Positions 10,262 through 20,500 of a stretch of DNA of 45,778 nt are shown in pieces. The DNA comes from a virus. Taxonomy: Duplodnaviria; Caudoviricetes. The notes beneath the pieces are model-generated. The model saw only the letters and a program-made list of their open reading frames with translations. It made no database searches and had not been told where the DNA came from. Position 1 is the stretch's first letter. Every line of letters begins with the position of its first letter. The translations under genes were made by a program, and so were the position numbers. Location: positions 1-45,778 of IMG/VR virus record IMGVR_UViG_3300035148_000140, one strand, 5' to 3'.

Positions 10262-11182
10262 TCAGTCCGCCTGGGGCGGGTACTTGGCCATCAGCTTCAT
10301 CGCCTCTTCGTTGCGACGGCGGCGGTAGAGGGCGTAACGCATCTGCATGTCCTGCGCGCCGGCGCCCCACGGCGTTTCCTGCGCGTAGCGAGGTTCGTCC
10401 TGCACCATGCGCCCACCTCGCGCGTTCTCGTCGTCCATCATCACCCGCAGGACCACACCCTTGTCGAGCACGTCGAGCATCGACGGTTGCAGTCCCACGT
10501 CCTCGACCAGATCGGCTGTTGCGCTGAGCGCATCGACGTCGAACGGGATCGCGCAGAGGACGTACGCAGCGCCGGTGTTCATGTGTTCGATGAAGCGCAG
10601 CTGCACGCCGCTCGTCGAGGGCCCGGTCGCCCAGGTCGCACCGGCACCACGCTGCACCCTGAACGGCATGCGCGGCCAGGCGGTCGATGGCTCGAGGTAC
10701 TGGCCGAGGTCGTTCCAGCGGCGGTACACGGCGATCACGTGGTAGCACTCGGCCAGTGCCGAGGACAGCTCGTAGGTGTCGGTCCCGTCAGCGATGGCGA
10801 TCTCGACCCCGTCCACCTTGTAGAGCTCGGGGCCCCACGATGCGAGCTCGTCACGCATCGCCTCGAAGATGTCCACGGGTTGGAAGCGGGGGTTGACCCA
10901 CACCTCGGAGCCGGGTTCGTGAGCCTGTGGCTCGGAGTCCTGCCAGCCACGGATGACGGTCGCCTCGCGAATGGCGAGGTCGACGGCCATCACCCGCATC
11001 GTCTCCAACCCGATGCAGATGATCGCGCCCGGCTTGAGCCCTGCCGGCAGGTCGTACATGAACGTGAGCTTGGACTGCGAGTCGTCCAGGGGTTCTGCGA
11101 GGAGGTTGACCTCGTCGCGCTGACCGGACGCCAGCCGTCGCCGGATGCGCTCGACGGAGTTGGCGACAGAGGTGCGAGCCAT
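10262..11182 (-). CDS. Putative head-tail adaptor protein
   Basis: Directly follows the capsid gene; DGTDTYELS motif and helical C-terminus typical of podovirus-like adaptors. Confidence 0.6.
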   Translation of the reverse strand: MARTSVANSVERIRRRLASGQRDEVNLLAEPLDDSQSKLTFMYDLPAGLKPGAIICIGLETMRVMAVDLAIREATVIRGWQDSEPQAHEPGSEVWVNPRFQPVDIFEAMRDELASWGPELYKVDGVEIAIADGTDTYELSSALAECYHVIAVYRRWNDLGQYLEPSTAWPRMPFRVQRGAGATWATGPSTSGVQLRFIEHMNTGAAYVLCAIPFDVDALSATADLVEDVGLQPSMLDVLDKGVVLRVMMDDENARGGRMVQDEPRYAQETPWGAGAQDMQMRYALYRRRRNEEAMKLMAKYPPQAD

Positions 11183-11188
11183 GGCGTG

Positions 11189-11194
11189 ATCCTA
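11189..11194 (-). promoter_or_regulatory. -10 box TAGGAT for a leaderless transcript of the adaptor/tail genes
   Basis: TAGGAT-cacgcc-ATG, immediately downstream of the post-capsid hairpin. Confidence 0.5.
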
Positions 11195-11206
11195 CGTGTG
11201 AGCGAA

Positions 11207-11256
11207 CAGGGCAAGAGGGGACCAGCCGAAGCTGGCCCCCTCAGTCTCCTGCCCTG
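11207..11256 (-). terminator. Stem-loop terminator after the major capsid gene
   Basis: GGGGGCCAGC-TTCG-GCTGGTCCCC (cUUCGg loop), extended by CAGGGCAG/TTGCCCTG. Confidence 0.75.
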
Positions 11257-11262
11257 GGGAGA

Positions 11263-12450
11263 TCAGACCAAGCCGGCGGTCGGCATGGCTGCGGTGGAAT
11301 CCAGGCTCGTCCACTTGGCGCAGTGGGACTCGCCCTTCACCTCGAAGCCGAGCTCGGCCACGATCATGAAGGAGTCCGTGTCCCGCGTCTTGGCGAGCGG
11401 CTGCAGGATCATCGGCTGGAAGTCGCGCTGCACGAAGTTGTCCGCCGAGTAGGCGAACGCATCGGTGGCACGGCACCAGCGGTTGCGGACCAGCATCACG
11501 TCACCGAACTCGGTCATGACCGAGGTGGCCCGACGACGGCCACGGCGGGCGTCCTCGACGGTCACGGTCTGCACGCGCTCGGCACCCGCCACGTTGTTGA
11601 GGGCGACGAAGTTGCCGGGACGGGACATGAGGTGCGTGAACATGCCGCCCTCGTCGTACGCCTCCTGCTGCATCCCCTGGATGCCCTCGACGGTCAGGTG
11701 ATCGTCGGAGGTGTTGACGTTGCTGACGAGGAAGCTGTCCAGACCACCGGTCTGCCGGCTGCCGTCGGCCGCGATGTAGTGCTTGATCTGGTACAGCGCG
11801 GCCTGCTCGATCGACAGCTTCGTGCCGTGCATGACGTTCACGATCTGCTTGTTGAGCTCGTTCGGCACGCCGTACTTCGGGATGCGCTGCTCGGTGCGGG
11901 ACACCTCGATGCGACCGCTGAAGATCTGCGTGTAGTTCGAGTACCGATCGCGACCCTGGTAGTTCGCTCCGGCGATGTCGCCTTCACGCAGGACGGTACC
12001 GGTGCCGATCACTTCGGCGCCGACGGCGTGCGCCGCCTGGGTGGTGCCGGTCACCGCAGCCGAGCCACGGGTGACCGTGAGCGTGTTGGCCGTGATGTCG
12101 ATGTCGGTCACCAGCATCACTTCGTCGTCGATGCGGATGCTGTCACCCACACGGAACTTCGCCGCTTCGCCGGCACCGACCGTGACGGTGGTCCCGGTGT
12201 CGGCCGCGAGCACCCCAGCGAGGGTGGCGCGCGGGAGCAGGATCTCCTCCTCGAGCCAGAAGAACTGGAAGTTGTCCACCGGCTGGCGGGACAGGACGGG
12301 TGCGCCGTCACTGCCGACGCCCGTGGTCAACGGGAGGTCCATCGGGGAGAGGATGTAGATGAGCTCGTCGATGTTGATCTTCGTCTCGACCGAGAGGTTG
12401 TAGCTGTAGAAGTCGCCCAGGCGGGCGCCGTCGATTTGCTCTGCTGCCAT
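11263..12450 (-). CDS. Major capsid protein (SU10/DUF5309-like) with an inserted beta-domain
   Basis: FFWLEEE, NYTQIFSGRIEVSRTEQ, IEQAALY, RQTGGL, TEFG, LAKT.D....IVAELGFEVK motifs; follows the scaffold gene. Confidence 0.85.
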   Translation of the reverse strand: MAAEQIDGARLGDFYSYNLSVETKINIDELIYILSPMDLPLTTGVGSDGAPVLSRQPVDNFQFFWLEEEILLPRATLAGVLAADTGTTVTVGAGEAAKFRVGDSIRIDDEVMLVTDIDITANTLTVTRGSAAVTGTTQAAHAVGAEVIGTGTVLREGDIAGANYQGRDRYSNYTQIFSGRIEVSRTEQRIPKYGVPNELNKQIVNVMHGTKLSIEQAALYQIKHYIAADGSRQTGGLDSFLVSNVNTSDDHLTVEGIQGMQQEAYDEGGMFTHLMSRPGNFVALNNVAGAERVQTVTVEDARRGRRRATSVMTEFGDVMLVRNRWCRATDAFAYSADNFVQRDFQPMILQPLAKTRDTDSFMIVAELGFEVKGESHCAKWTSLDSTAAMPTAGLV

Positions 12451-12463
12451 GGTCTGGCTCCGT

Positions 12464-12757
12464 TCAGTGCGTGGCCCTGATGGTGTTCAGGGTGCTGGTG
12501 ATCTGATGCTTGTGCTCGTCGTAGTACTTGCGGCGAACCACCGTGCCGTCCGGCTTCATGAGCGGCACCTTCACGCCGCCTGGCCGTTCGTCGTAGATGA
12601 TCTCCTTGTTCCTCGACGGTGGCACCGACGGCGTTGGCCGCCAGTTCTGCGTCTTGGTCATCTCCGCGCGTGGGCTGACCTGCAGCCCCTTGGCGCGCAG
12701 GCGACAGCCGTAGTGGGTCGTGCACCCTTCGATGGTGCACTTCGGCTCACTGGCCAT
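12464..12757 (-). CDS. Small basic protein with a C-x4-C-x2-H-x2-C motif
   Basis: ATG at 12757: MASEPKCTIEGCTTHYGCRLRAKG...; fills the gap between scaffold and capsid genes. Confidence 0.65.
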   Translation of the reverse strand: MASEPKCTIEGCTTHYGCRLRAKGLQVSPRAEMTKTQNWRPTPSVPPSRNKEIIYDERPGGVKVPLMKPDGTVVRRKYYDEHKHQITSTLNTIRATH

Positions 12758-13259
12758 GGCCTGCTTCCGTCTGGCGCTGGCGCCATTCGGCCTCGTTGAA
12801 CAGGCGACGTGGATCCGCCGAGGTGAGCAGACGATCGACAGCAGCGAGCTGTGCGGCTTCGACTCGGACACCGTTCTTGCGGTCCTCGTGGAAGCCCCTG
12901 AGTGCCTGGTCGATCGGATGCGCCCCTTCGGGTGCGATGGACCCTGCCGGGTCACCACCTGCGAGACGTGACCGGGTGTCTTGGATCGCGAGGTCCTCAT
13001 CGGTCACGACGGGGGGTGGTGCCGCCTGTGAGAAGAGGCCGAGCTCCGTGGCTTCGGTCTTGAGAGCGGCGAGATCCTCGCCCTCCCACGTCTTGTAGAG
13101 CAACGAACCGATCTTCGTGTCGGTGTCGATGCCCGCCTTGGCGAACAGCAACTCCTTCCTGAGCTCGGCGTTCTCGTTGCGTGCCTGGCGTCCGTCTTCG
13201 GCTGCGCGTCGCAGCTGCTCCGGCGTTTCGGGCGTGGTGGTGTCGGTGTCGTTGGACAT
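12747..13259 (-). CDS. Putative capsid scaffolding protein
   Basis: Acidic coiled coil (PEQLRRAAE...ENAELRKELLFAKAGID) upstream of the capsid gene. Confidence 0.7.
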   Translation of the reverse strand: MSNDTDTTTPETPEQLRRAAEDGRQARNENAELRKELLFAKAGIDTDTKIGSLLYKTWEGEDLAALKTEATELGLFSQAAPPPVVTDEDLAIQDTRSRLAGGDPAGSIAPEGAHPIDQALRGFHEDRKNGVRVEAAQLAAVDRLLTSADPRRLFNEAEWRQRQTEAGHGQ

Positions 13260-13458
13260 GGGGATGACCTGCTTTCGGGCTGAGTGTCGTGACGCCTTCG
13301 ACTACTCGCAGCGCGCGGCGAAACGCTGCGGACTTCGGCGGCCACGCTGTAGCTCCACCTCGGGGCCGGATCACCAGCTCTCCCGTGAGCCCGATTCCTA
13401 CCACGCCGAACCCTGGACGCGCAACGACCCCCGGGGATCGGGCCCAGGGGTCGCTGCG
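13260..13458 (-). promoter_or_regulatory. Structured 200-nt intergenic leader of the scaffold/capsid genes
   Basis: Minus-strand helices CGCAGCGACCCC/GGGGTCGTTGCG (13458-13420), TTCGGCG/CGCCGAA, CGCAGCG/CGCTGCG. Confidence 0.55.
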
Positions 13459-13466
13459 AGATGACC

Positions 13467-13598
13467 CTACTTCTTGGCCTTCGGCTGCTTGCTGCCGTTG
13501 CCGGCCGAGCCGACACGGGTGGCGCTGGTGGAGCCGGTCGTCGGCTTGACACCGCGACCGCCACCTTCACAGGTCTTCGTTCCTGATCCGCTCTTCAT
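13467..13598 (-). CDS. 43-aa basic Gly/Ser/Thr/Lys-rich peptide (not in the ORF track)
   Basis: GAAGGAGG RBS, then MKSGSGTKTCEGGGRGVKPTTGSTSATRVGSAGNGSKQPKAKK-stop. Confidence 0.7.
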   Translation of the reverse strand: MKSGSGTKTCEGGGRGVKPTTGSTSATRVGSAGNGSKQPKAKK

Positions 13599-13617
13599 GG
13601 TCCCTCCTTCCCGTTGC

Positions 13618-14946
13618 TCATGCCGACCGGACGCCGGTCAGCCCTTCGCTGGTCAGGAGACTGCCACCGAAGGAGGACTGCTCGTTGGCCTTGCGCTCCA
13701 ACAGCCGGCGCTCGATCGCGCTCGATGCCGCTGCGTCCCCGAACACCGTCGCCTCGAGGCCGGTGTCGGTCGTCAGGTCGCTCGTCTCGGTGAAGCCCTC
13801 GGTGAACGCGCCCTTGAGCCGGTTCACCGTGGTCAGGTCTTGGACGATCCCGGCATCCGTCCCGTCGGGATTGAACACGGCGATGCGCTCGGCCATGGTC
13901 TTGTCCATGTTGATGCCCAGGTTGCGGCCCGTGCCCGCTGCGAACGCTGCGCGCCCGGCCTTGTCGAGGTTGGCGATGGTCATGTCGGGGTCGAGGTAGA
14001 ACGCTGCCAGCGCAGCATCGCCCTGGCCGACGCCGTAGAACTCGTCGAACGCCTGGCGGATCGCCGGATCGCTGTCGTGCACACGGCTCCACGTCTGATC
14101 GAGGCGGTCGGCCACGTCGTACGTCGACAGGCCCCGCACCATGAGCGCCTGAATCTCGGCGGGCTCGTCGAACATCCACGACGGGAGGCCGGACGCCGGG
14201 AGGATGTTCTGCCGGACCGTCTTCTCGTAGTCGAGGATCTCCTTGGCCGTCACCGGCTGGATCTTCGGGCCGGTCGGGTTGGCCGCGTTGGCCTCGCGGA
14301 TCTGCTTGATCGCCGGGAAGCGGGCCTGGAACTCGGGGGTCTGCTCGATGGCGATGTTGAACTCGGCCTCGGTGTCGACGCCCTTGACGATCTGGTCCCA
14401 CAGCCAGCCACCGGGCTCACCGTTCGGCCCCAGCGTGAACAGACCCCCCAGCTGCAGCCGATCGAGATAGACCTGCAGGGTGTTGAACGCCTCCATCTGG
14501 TCGTCCGTCGGGCCGACGGCCGCACCGGGTGTTGCAACAGGGTCCACGCCCGGCCGAGTGGCAGGAGCCGTGGGCGTTGCGGGGCCGTTGATCGTCGTCG
14601 CCCACGTCGACGGGTCGCCGTAGTTCGCTGGGGTCGGCGTGACCGGGTTGGCGGCGCGATCAGCTGCAGCCGTATCCGCCGCTGCGTTGTCCGTTTGCTG
14701 CGCTGCCCAGTCGGCGTTGAACTGCGCGAAGTCGGCCTCGAACGGATCGACCCAGTTGGCGTAGTTCGGATCGCCTTCGGCCTTGGCCTTGCGGGCGATG
14801 TTGCCCCAACCCGCCGGATCGTCGGGGTCGACCCAGTTGGCGAAGTCGGGGTTGCCGAGGAACTTCTGGATGCGGGCATAGCGGAGCAGACCAGCAGCAT
14901 CACCCGGGGTCGTGGGCGCTCCGTACGTGGCGTCGAAGGTGGCCAC
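13618..14946 (-). CDS. Putative internal virion/ejection protein
   Basis: 442 aa, Ala-rich and helical; TPEFQARFPAI motif; P(D/N)(F/Y)ANWVDP duplicated; gene position. Confidence 0.6.
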   Translation of the reverse strand: MATFDATYGAPTTPGDAAGLLRYARIQKFLGNPDFANWVDPDDPAGWGNIARKAKAEGDPNYANWVDPFEADFAQFNADWAAQQTDNAAADTAAADRAANPVTPTPANYGDPSTWATTINGPATPTAPATRPGVDPVATPGAAVGPTDDQMEAFNTLQVYLDRLQLGGLFTLGPNGEPGGWLWDQIVKGVDTEAEFNIAIEQTPEFQARFPAIKQIREANAANPTGPKIQPVTAKEILDYEKTVRQNILPASGLPSWMFDEPAEIQALMVRGLSTYDVADRLDQTWSRVHDSDPAIRQAFDEFYGVGQGDAALAAFYLDPDMTIANLDKAGRAAFAAGTGRNLGINMDKTMAERIAVFNPDGTDAGIVQDLTTVNRLKGAFTEGFTETSDLTTDTGLEATVFGDAAASSAIERRLLERKANEQSSFGGSLLTSEGLTGVRSA

Positions 14947-14949
14947 CGG

Positions 14950-15936
14950 TCAGAGTCCGAACACGTTGGCGAGCATGCCGGCCATGTTAGAGGCGAGCTC
15001 CTTGGCCCTGGTGGTCTTGGCGTAGCCGGGGTCGCTGCGCGCCGCCCGCTGCATCTCGTCGAGCGTGGCCGCCCGCTCGTTGCCCTTCTCGTCCGTGGTC
15101 TTGAGCATCGTCAGCCACTTCTGATCCATGAGGTTCACGTCGTTCGGGTTCATCTCGAGCTCGCTGGCGATGAAGTCCCTCGACGGGGCGAGGTAGTCCT
15201 TGGTGGTGATGCCCTGGTCGATGGCGTGGGCGGCGAAGCGGTAGTTGGCCTTGGCCTGCTCGCGCAGGATCGTGTTCACCGTCTCCATCGTCAGCTCGCC
15301 CGAGGCCATCCTCGTCGCGTAGGAGCGGGCCGTCTCGTCCGAGATGGTCAACAGGTAGTCGCTGGCGAGCACCTTCATCTGGTCGACCTGCTGCTTGAGC
15401 GTGCCGTCCTTGAGCCCGTCCCAGTTCCATGCGGCACCGACGATGTACTGCGTCAGCCGGTCCTGCGCCCACCCGTTCTTGACGACCGTGGTCGCCAGCG
15501 CAGTGATCGCGCCCTCGTCGAACACGATGCCGAGCGTCTCGGACTGGTTGCGGATCGACTCCTTGGCGTTCTCGATGTCGATGGCTTCCTGCTCGGCCGC
15601 CGACCGCCCACCTCCACCACCGAAGGTACGCCCACCGCCGTCATCGAACCCGCCAGGCGGCTTCAAGTCGTACTGGTAGAGGATCGCATTGATCATGTTC
15701 GGGTCGTTGCGATACGTCCAGAACTGCTCCTGCAGCCAGGACGTCACGCCCGGGTTCGCCTGCAGCCACGGCTTGGCCTGCACCTGGAAGGGCACGGACT
15801 TGAGCCACTGGTCGTAGACGTCGCGCTGCGACCAATCCGTCAGCCCGGGGCGCAGCGTGTTCGACGCTGCCTGCCCGACGTTCAGACCGGGTGCAGGTTG
15901 CTGCCGGTCGCGCTCCTCCTGATCAGCCGTTGGCAT
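14950..15936 (-). CDS. Putative internal virion/ejection protein
   Basis: ATG at 15936 with GGAG RBS; helical, ends RSDPGYAKT...NVFGL; gene position. Confidence 0.6.
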   Translation of the reverse strand: MPTADQEERDRQQPAPGLNVGQAASNTLRPGLTDWSQRDVYDQWLKSVPFQVQAKPWLQANPGVTSWLQEQFWTYRNDPNMINAILYQYDLKPPGGFDDGGGRTFGGGGGRSAAEQEAIDIENAKESIRNQSETLGIVFDEGAITALATTVVKNGWAQDRLTQYIVGAAWNWDGLKDGTLKQQVDQMKVLASDYLLTISDETARSYATRMASGELTMETVNTILREQAKANYRFAAHAIDQGITTKDYLAPSRDFIASELEMNPNDVNLMDQKWLTMLKTTDEKGNERAATLDEMQRAARSDPGYAKTTRAKELASNMAGMLANVFGL

Positions 15937-17575
15937 CGGTGCTCCAATACTTGTCGTCACGCAGGTTCTCGGGAACGGGGGTGCGCGGCATCGGGGAGTC
16001 CTTGTCGCGCGCGTCGAGGCCCCACTTGGCATTGACCTGTGCCATCGTGCCTCGGAAGGCCTCGATCTCGGCTTCGGCACCAACGGTGTCCTTCACTGCC
16101 TCGGAGATGTCGGCCTCACCGAAGCCACCCATGGTCGCATCAGCTTGCCAGGCGAGGTCATCACGTCCGCCGATGTCGTCAGCTCGCTGCGTCCGCAGCG
16201 ACTGCATCATCGTCGCCACCTGATGGAACTCCTGGGGCGTCAGCTCGCGCCCGACGAGCTCGATCGCCATGGCGTTCGCCGCCTTGCGGGCCTGCGTCGG
16301 CTGGAAGAGGCCGAACCGATCGGTCGGGTTGGCCGCCTCCTGGCGCCGGCGCTTCTCCTGGCCGAGAAGGATGTCCACCGGCACGTCTCGGGCGACCGAA
16401 TCGGTGAGCACGCGCAGCCAGGCCATCTTGGTCGGACCATCCCAGTTGTTGCCGAACGTGGGCTTGGCCTGCACGCCGTCCGAGCCGATGCCCTCGAAGT
16501 ATCCGGCGTCCTGCATCTGCTTCTGCAGCGCGACGAGCTGCTCCTCGTTGAGGTCGTTGAGGTAGTTGACCGCCTTGACCGGCGTCAGCTTGACCCGCGT
16601 GTACGGGCCCTGCATCGTGATCGCCACGTCGACGGTCGGATCGCCCTGCAGCTGGGCATCCACCAGCTGCGTGATGTCGCTGCCGGTGTTCATCGCCGTC
16701 TGCCATGCCTCGGCCGCAGGGACGGCCACGGTCGTCCCGTTCTCCTCCTCCTGGTGCACGTAGTCCATGAAGTTGTCGGACTGCACGCCGGGGTCGGGGC
16801 CCATGATCGGGTTGCCGTTGTCGTCCGTGCCGATCTGCACCTGCGGTGCGTTCTCGATGTTCGTCTCCTCGAGATCGAACACCGCCGTCGGGGACGGACC
16901 GGCGACACCCGACTCGAAGTCGAGCACCCTGCTGAGGATCTCCGTCGTCTGCTCGGGCGTGTAGCCCATCGCGAGCGCCGACTCCTGCACCTTCTCGGCG
17001 ATGCGGTCCTGCTGTTCCTGCAGGAGCTCGGCGGCCTTGCTGTGGCCGATGGCATCCTCGCTCTCCCGCTCGACGATGACCTGCAGGTAGGGGCGAAGGT
17101 CGATGTCGCGAGCGGCACCGGGCGAGAGCATGTCCTCGGGGATGCCCTCTGCGACCATCTTCGCGATCTGCTCGGCCACAGCCTCCTTGAGGAAGTCGCC
17201 GCCCATCTGCCAGAACGGCGTAGCCACGGTGACCGGCGGGATCATCCGATCCTTGAGCCGGTTGGCGAACTCCCGGCGAGTCAGCACTGGCCGACCCAGC
17301 TCACCATCCGCCGGGGACACCGCTTCGAGGTGCTGGTACATCGAGGCGGTGACCGGCAGGCGGAAGTCGTCGACACTGATGACGTTGTCCGCAGGTGCCT
17401 CGGTCGGTGCCGTCGGTGCGGTGGTCGTGGGCGGCGCCGCAACGGGGCGAGGCACGGCCGTTCCGGTCGTCGGGCCGGGAGCCTGTGTCGTCGTCGGTGC
17501 CGGCGCGGTCGTCGGCGTCTCGGACGGGATCGTTCCGGTCGGCGGCCCCTGCGGGATGGTGTCGTCGTAGCTCAC
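15923..17575 (-). CDS. Putative ejection protein with Pro/Thr-rich N-terminus and peptidoglycan-binding-like motif
   Basis: GTGA overlap at 17575; LVALQKQMQDAGY...G.WDGPTKMAW resembles PG_binding_1. Confidence 0.6.
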   Translation of the reverse strand: MSYDDTIPQGPPTGTIPSETPTTAPAPTTTQAPGPTTGTAVPRPVAAPPTTTAPTAPTEAPADNVISVDDFRLPVTASMYQHLEAVSPADGELGRPVLTRREFANRLKDRMIPPVTVATPFWQMGGDFLKEAVAEQIAKMVAEGIPEDMLSPGAARDIDLRPYLQVIVERESEDAIGHSKAAELLQEQQDRIAEKVQESALAMGYTPEQTTEILSRVLDFESGVAGPSPTAVFDLEETNIENAPQVQIGTDDNGNPIMGPDPGVQSDNFMDYVHQEEENGTTVAVPAAEAWQTAMNTGSDITQLVDAQLQGDPTVDVAITMQGPYTRVKLTPVKAVNYLNDLNEEQLVALQKQMQDAGYFEGIGSDGVQAKPTFGNNWDGPTKMAWLRVLTDSVARDVPVDILLGQEKRRRQEAANPTDRFGLFQPTQARKAANAMAIELVGRELTPQEFHQVATMMQSLRTQRADDIGGRDDLAWQADATMGGFGEADISEAVKDTVGAEAEIEAFRGTMAQVNAKWGLDARDKDSPMPRTPVPENLRDDKYWSTDANG

Positions 17576-20500
17576 TCGAACCTCGACTCGGGCCGGATGA
17601 CCGACAGCCAGAATCCTTCGATCATCGGGTTCGCCTCCACATAGTCCTCGGCCCACGCCTTGAAGGCCGTCTTGGCTTGTTCCTTGATCAGTGTTGCATC
17701 GTTCGAGTTGTCCGACGCGTACTGCTGCAGGATCGACTGGTAGTTGTCGAAGTTCGCCATCATCACCCGCAGCTGCTCGATGTGAGCGGCCTGCGGCGCT
17801 GCCGGATCAGCGACGATGACCCGCATCTGGTCGATGACCCGCTCGCGAGTGAGCCGGCCATCTCCGAACTCGAGCTCCTCACGGAAGATCGGGTTGTTCC
17901 GCTTGTAGATGTCGGCCCACTGCGACCACGCACTGTTGGCGGCACGCACGGCGTCCTCGTCCTTGGCCTCGCGGGCCTGGCCGACGTAGTTGAGGTAGAT
18001 GTCCCGCTGCTCGAAGTACCGTCCCGCCGCCTGCTTGTACTTCAGCGCACGGAGGAACTCCTCGGGGGTGCGCTGGCGACGGAGCCCGACGGCGTATTGC
18101 TGGTCCTGCACGTAGCTGACCCGCTGCCCGCCGCCGTCCTGCGGCAGGAGCCATGGCGCAGCGTCGGGGAACTCCTCCATCGTGGACTTGTTGGCGTTGT
18201 AGAACGACAGCGCCTCTTCGGTCGGCGGGATCGGCGCACCCGAGGTCGACTCGGACTGCGCCACCGTCAGGGCGCGAGGGTTGATGATGTCGTTCAGCCC
18301 GTGGTTCGGATACAGCTGCAGGTAGCGCAGCGTCCCTTCCTCGATGCCGAACTCTTGGATCATCGCCTGGTAGGTGGCGGTGAACATCTGCTTGGGGTCG
18401 ATGCCACCGATGGCGAAGAAGGGCTGCTCCTTGTCCTGCACGGCCGACGGCGGGCCGGGCGTGAAGAACTGCAGCAGCGCCTGGCCGAGCGAGATGATCC
18501 GAGCCTGGTTGCGGGTGCGATCGAGGTACTCGTCGATCTGCCCCGGCGTGGCATCGTCCTGCAGGCCCATGCCGTACGCATCCTGCAGCGCCATCGAGGT
18601 CATCATCGACGAGGCCATCCGTGGCGTCTCGTGGGAGAACATCGCCTCGGCAGTGTTGACGAGGAACGACGGAACGAGGTGACGCCAGGCCGCACGGTTG
18701 GCGGCGAGGTCACCGGACACGGCGCGCTCGAGGGGCTGCAGCTCAGCGAAGCCCGACGACAGCGCATCCAGCGGGACGGTGACGAACGGCGAGAACGACG
18801 GGGTGCCGAAGCTGCCGTTGAGCCCGGGAAGGAGCTGGTTCAGCGGCGTCTGGAACATGAACTCCGTCGGCATGTCGTTCGGCGTGAACGGCAACCAGCG
18901 CAGCACGTCAGCGAACAGGGTGCCGCCGGGGTAGACGAACCACTGCTTGCCCGACTCGTCCTCACGGACGGCGCCGACGTTCTTCAACCCCATCACGGCG
19001 AGCTGTCCCTTGCGGATCACCGTGGGGTCGAGCATCACGGTGCGCGCCCAGCGCTTGAGGAAGTTCTCCTCGGCGTACCAGAAGGGCATCAGCGGCTTGA
19101 CGACCTGCGCCCACTGCGAGCGGATCTCGTGGCTGTCGATGAACGGCATCATGTCCTCGATGCCGGCGATGGCGGCGTAGTCGCCAGCCTCCTTCTCGAT
19201 CGCCGCCAGGTTCTTGTGCAGCGTGACGACGTTCTTCCAGTCCTCGTCGGACATCCGCGCCAGGATCGGATCGGCCTCGATGGCCTCCTTGTTGACGTTG
19301 CGGAGCAGCTCCACCGAACGCATCGAATCGGGGTCGATGGTCTTGCGGATGTAGGCGAGGAAGTCCTCGGCGCGCGTGTTCGGGGCGAACACCGTGCGGA
19401 ACACCTCGGGGTCGCGTGCGAGCAGCTGCTTGCTCGCCACGCCGGTCAGCTGCGACCGCTGCCACGCTTCGCCGCCACGCTTCGCCGTCCGCTCGGCGCG
19501 GGCCGCACGACGCTGTGCGCTCTGCGCGAAGCGCACGATCTCCTCGGGTTCGTGGCCGTTGATCCATGCAGCGGTCTGCGTGTTCGTCCACTTCAACGCC
19601 GACGCATCGCCCTCGGAGGCGATGACCTGACGCATCGACTTGAGCATGCTGTCGAGATCCTCGGGGTCGATCTCCTTGGCCTGGACGTAGACCCGCGAGA
19701 GCGTGTCCTCGACGGCCTTGATCGCGCCCTCATCGACCCGCCACCAGTTGAGCGACTTGGCCATCTGGTACCGCTCGTGGAAGTGGTGCAGCGCCATCGG
19801 CTTGCGGACCATCGCCTCGAGCGCGGGACCGATCACGTCGTCGAACCCCCAGCGGGTGATCCGATTCCACAGGCTGTCCTTCTTCTTCGCCTTGCGGAGC
19901 TCGCGCGTCGCGTAGCTCTCCAACGGCATGTCCAGCTTGTTGAGGTCTTCGGCGCTGGACCGGAACCGGCGGATCAGGTCGCCCGACGGAACGAGCTCAC
20001 CCTTCACCTTGCGGGCCGCTTCCTTCGGGATGTACGTGGCCGCGCCCAGCAGCTCGTCGTGGTAGTCCTCGACGATCGGGCCGAGCACCTCCCACATCAG
20101 CTTGGCCTCACGGTCCTGGTTGATCACGACGTTGTCGAAGTACTCGGGGTCACCGACGCTGATCCGCTTGTTGTCCCGATCGAACACGATTCGGTCCTCG
20201 GTGAACCTCGTCCCGGGTTCGATCTGCGTGTACTCGGTCTGGCGTGGGTTGGCGGCGTAGAGCCCCGTCTCATGAGTCACCGTGCGCGACGTGCCATCGG
20301 CCATCACCTCGACACGGGGCTGCACCAGCGGGCGCTGCTTGGGCACCTGCACCGAGCGAGTGCCGTACGTCCACTCGTTCCGCATGTAGGCGACCATCCG
20401 CTCGGCCCAGTCCTGCGCCGCTTCCTTCTCGCTCGACGCTCCGGCGACATCGCGCAGGCGCATCTGCACCACTTCGTCGTTCGACGCCACCCAGGCCGCC

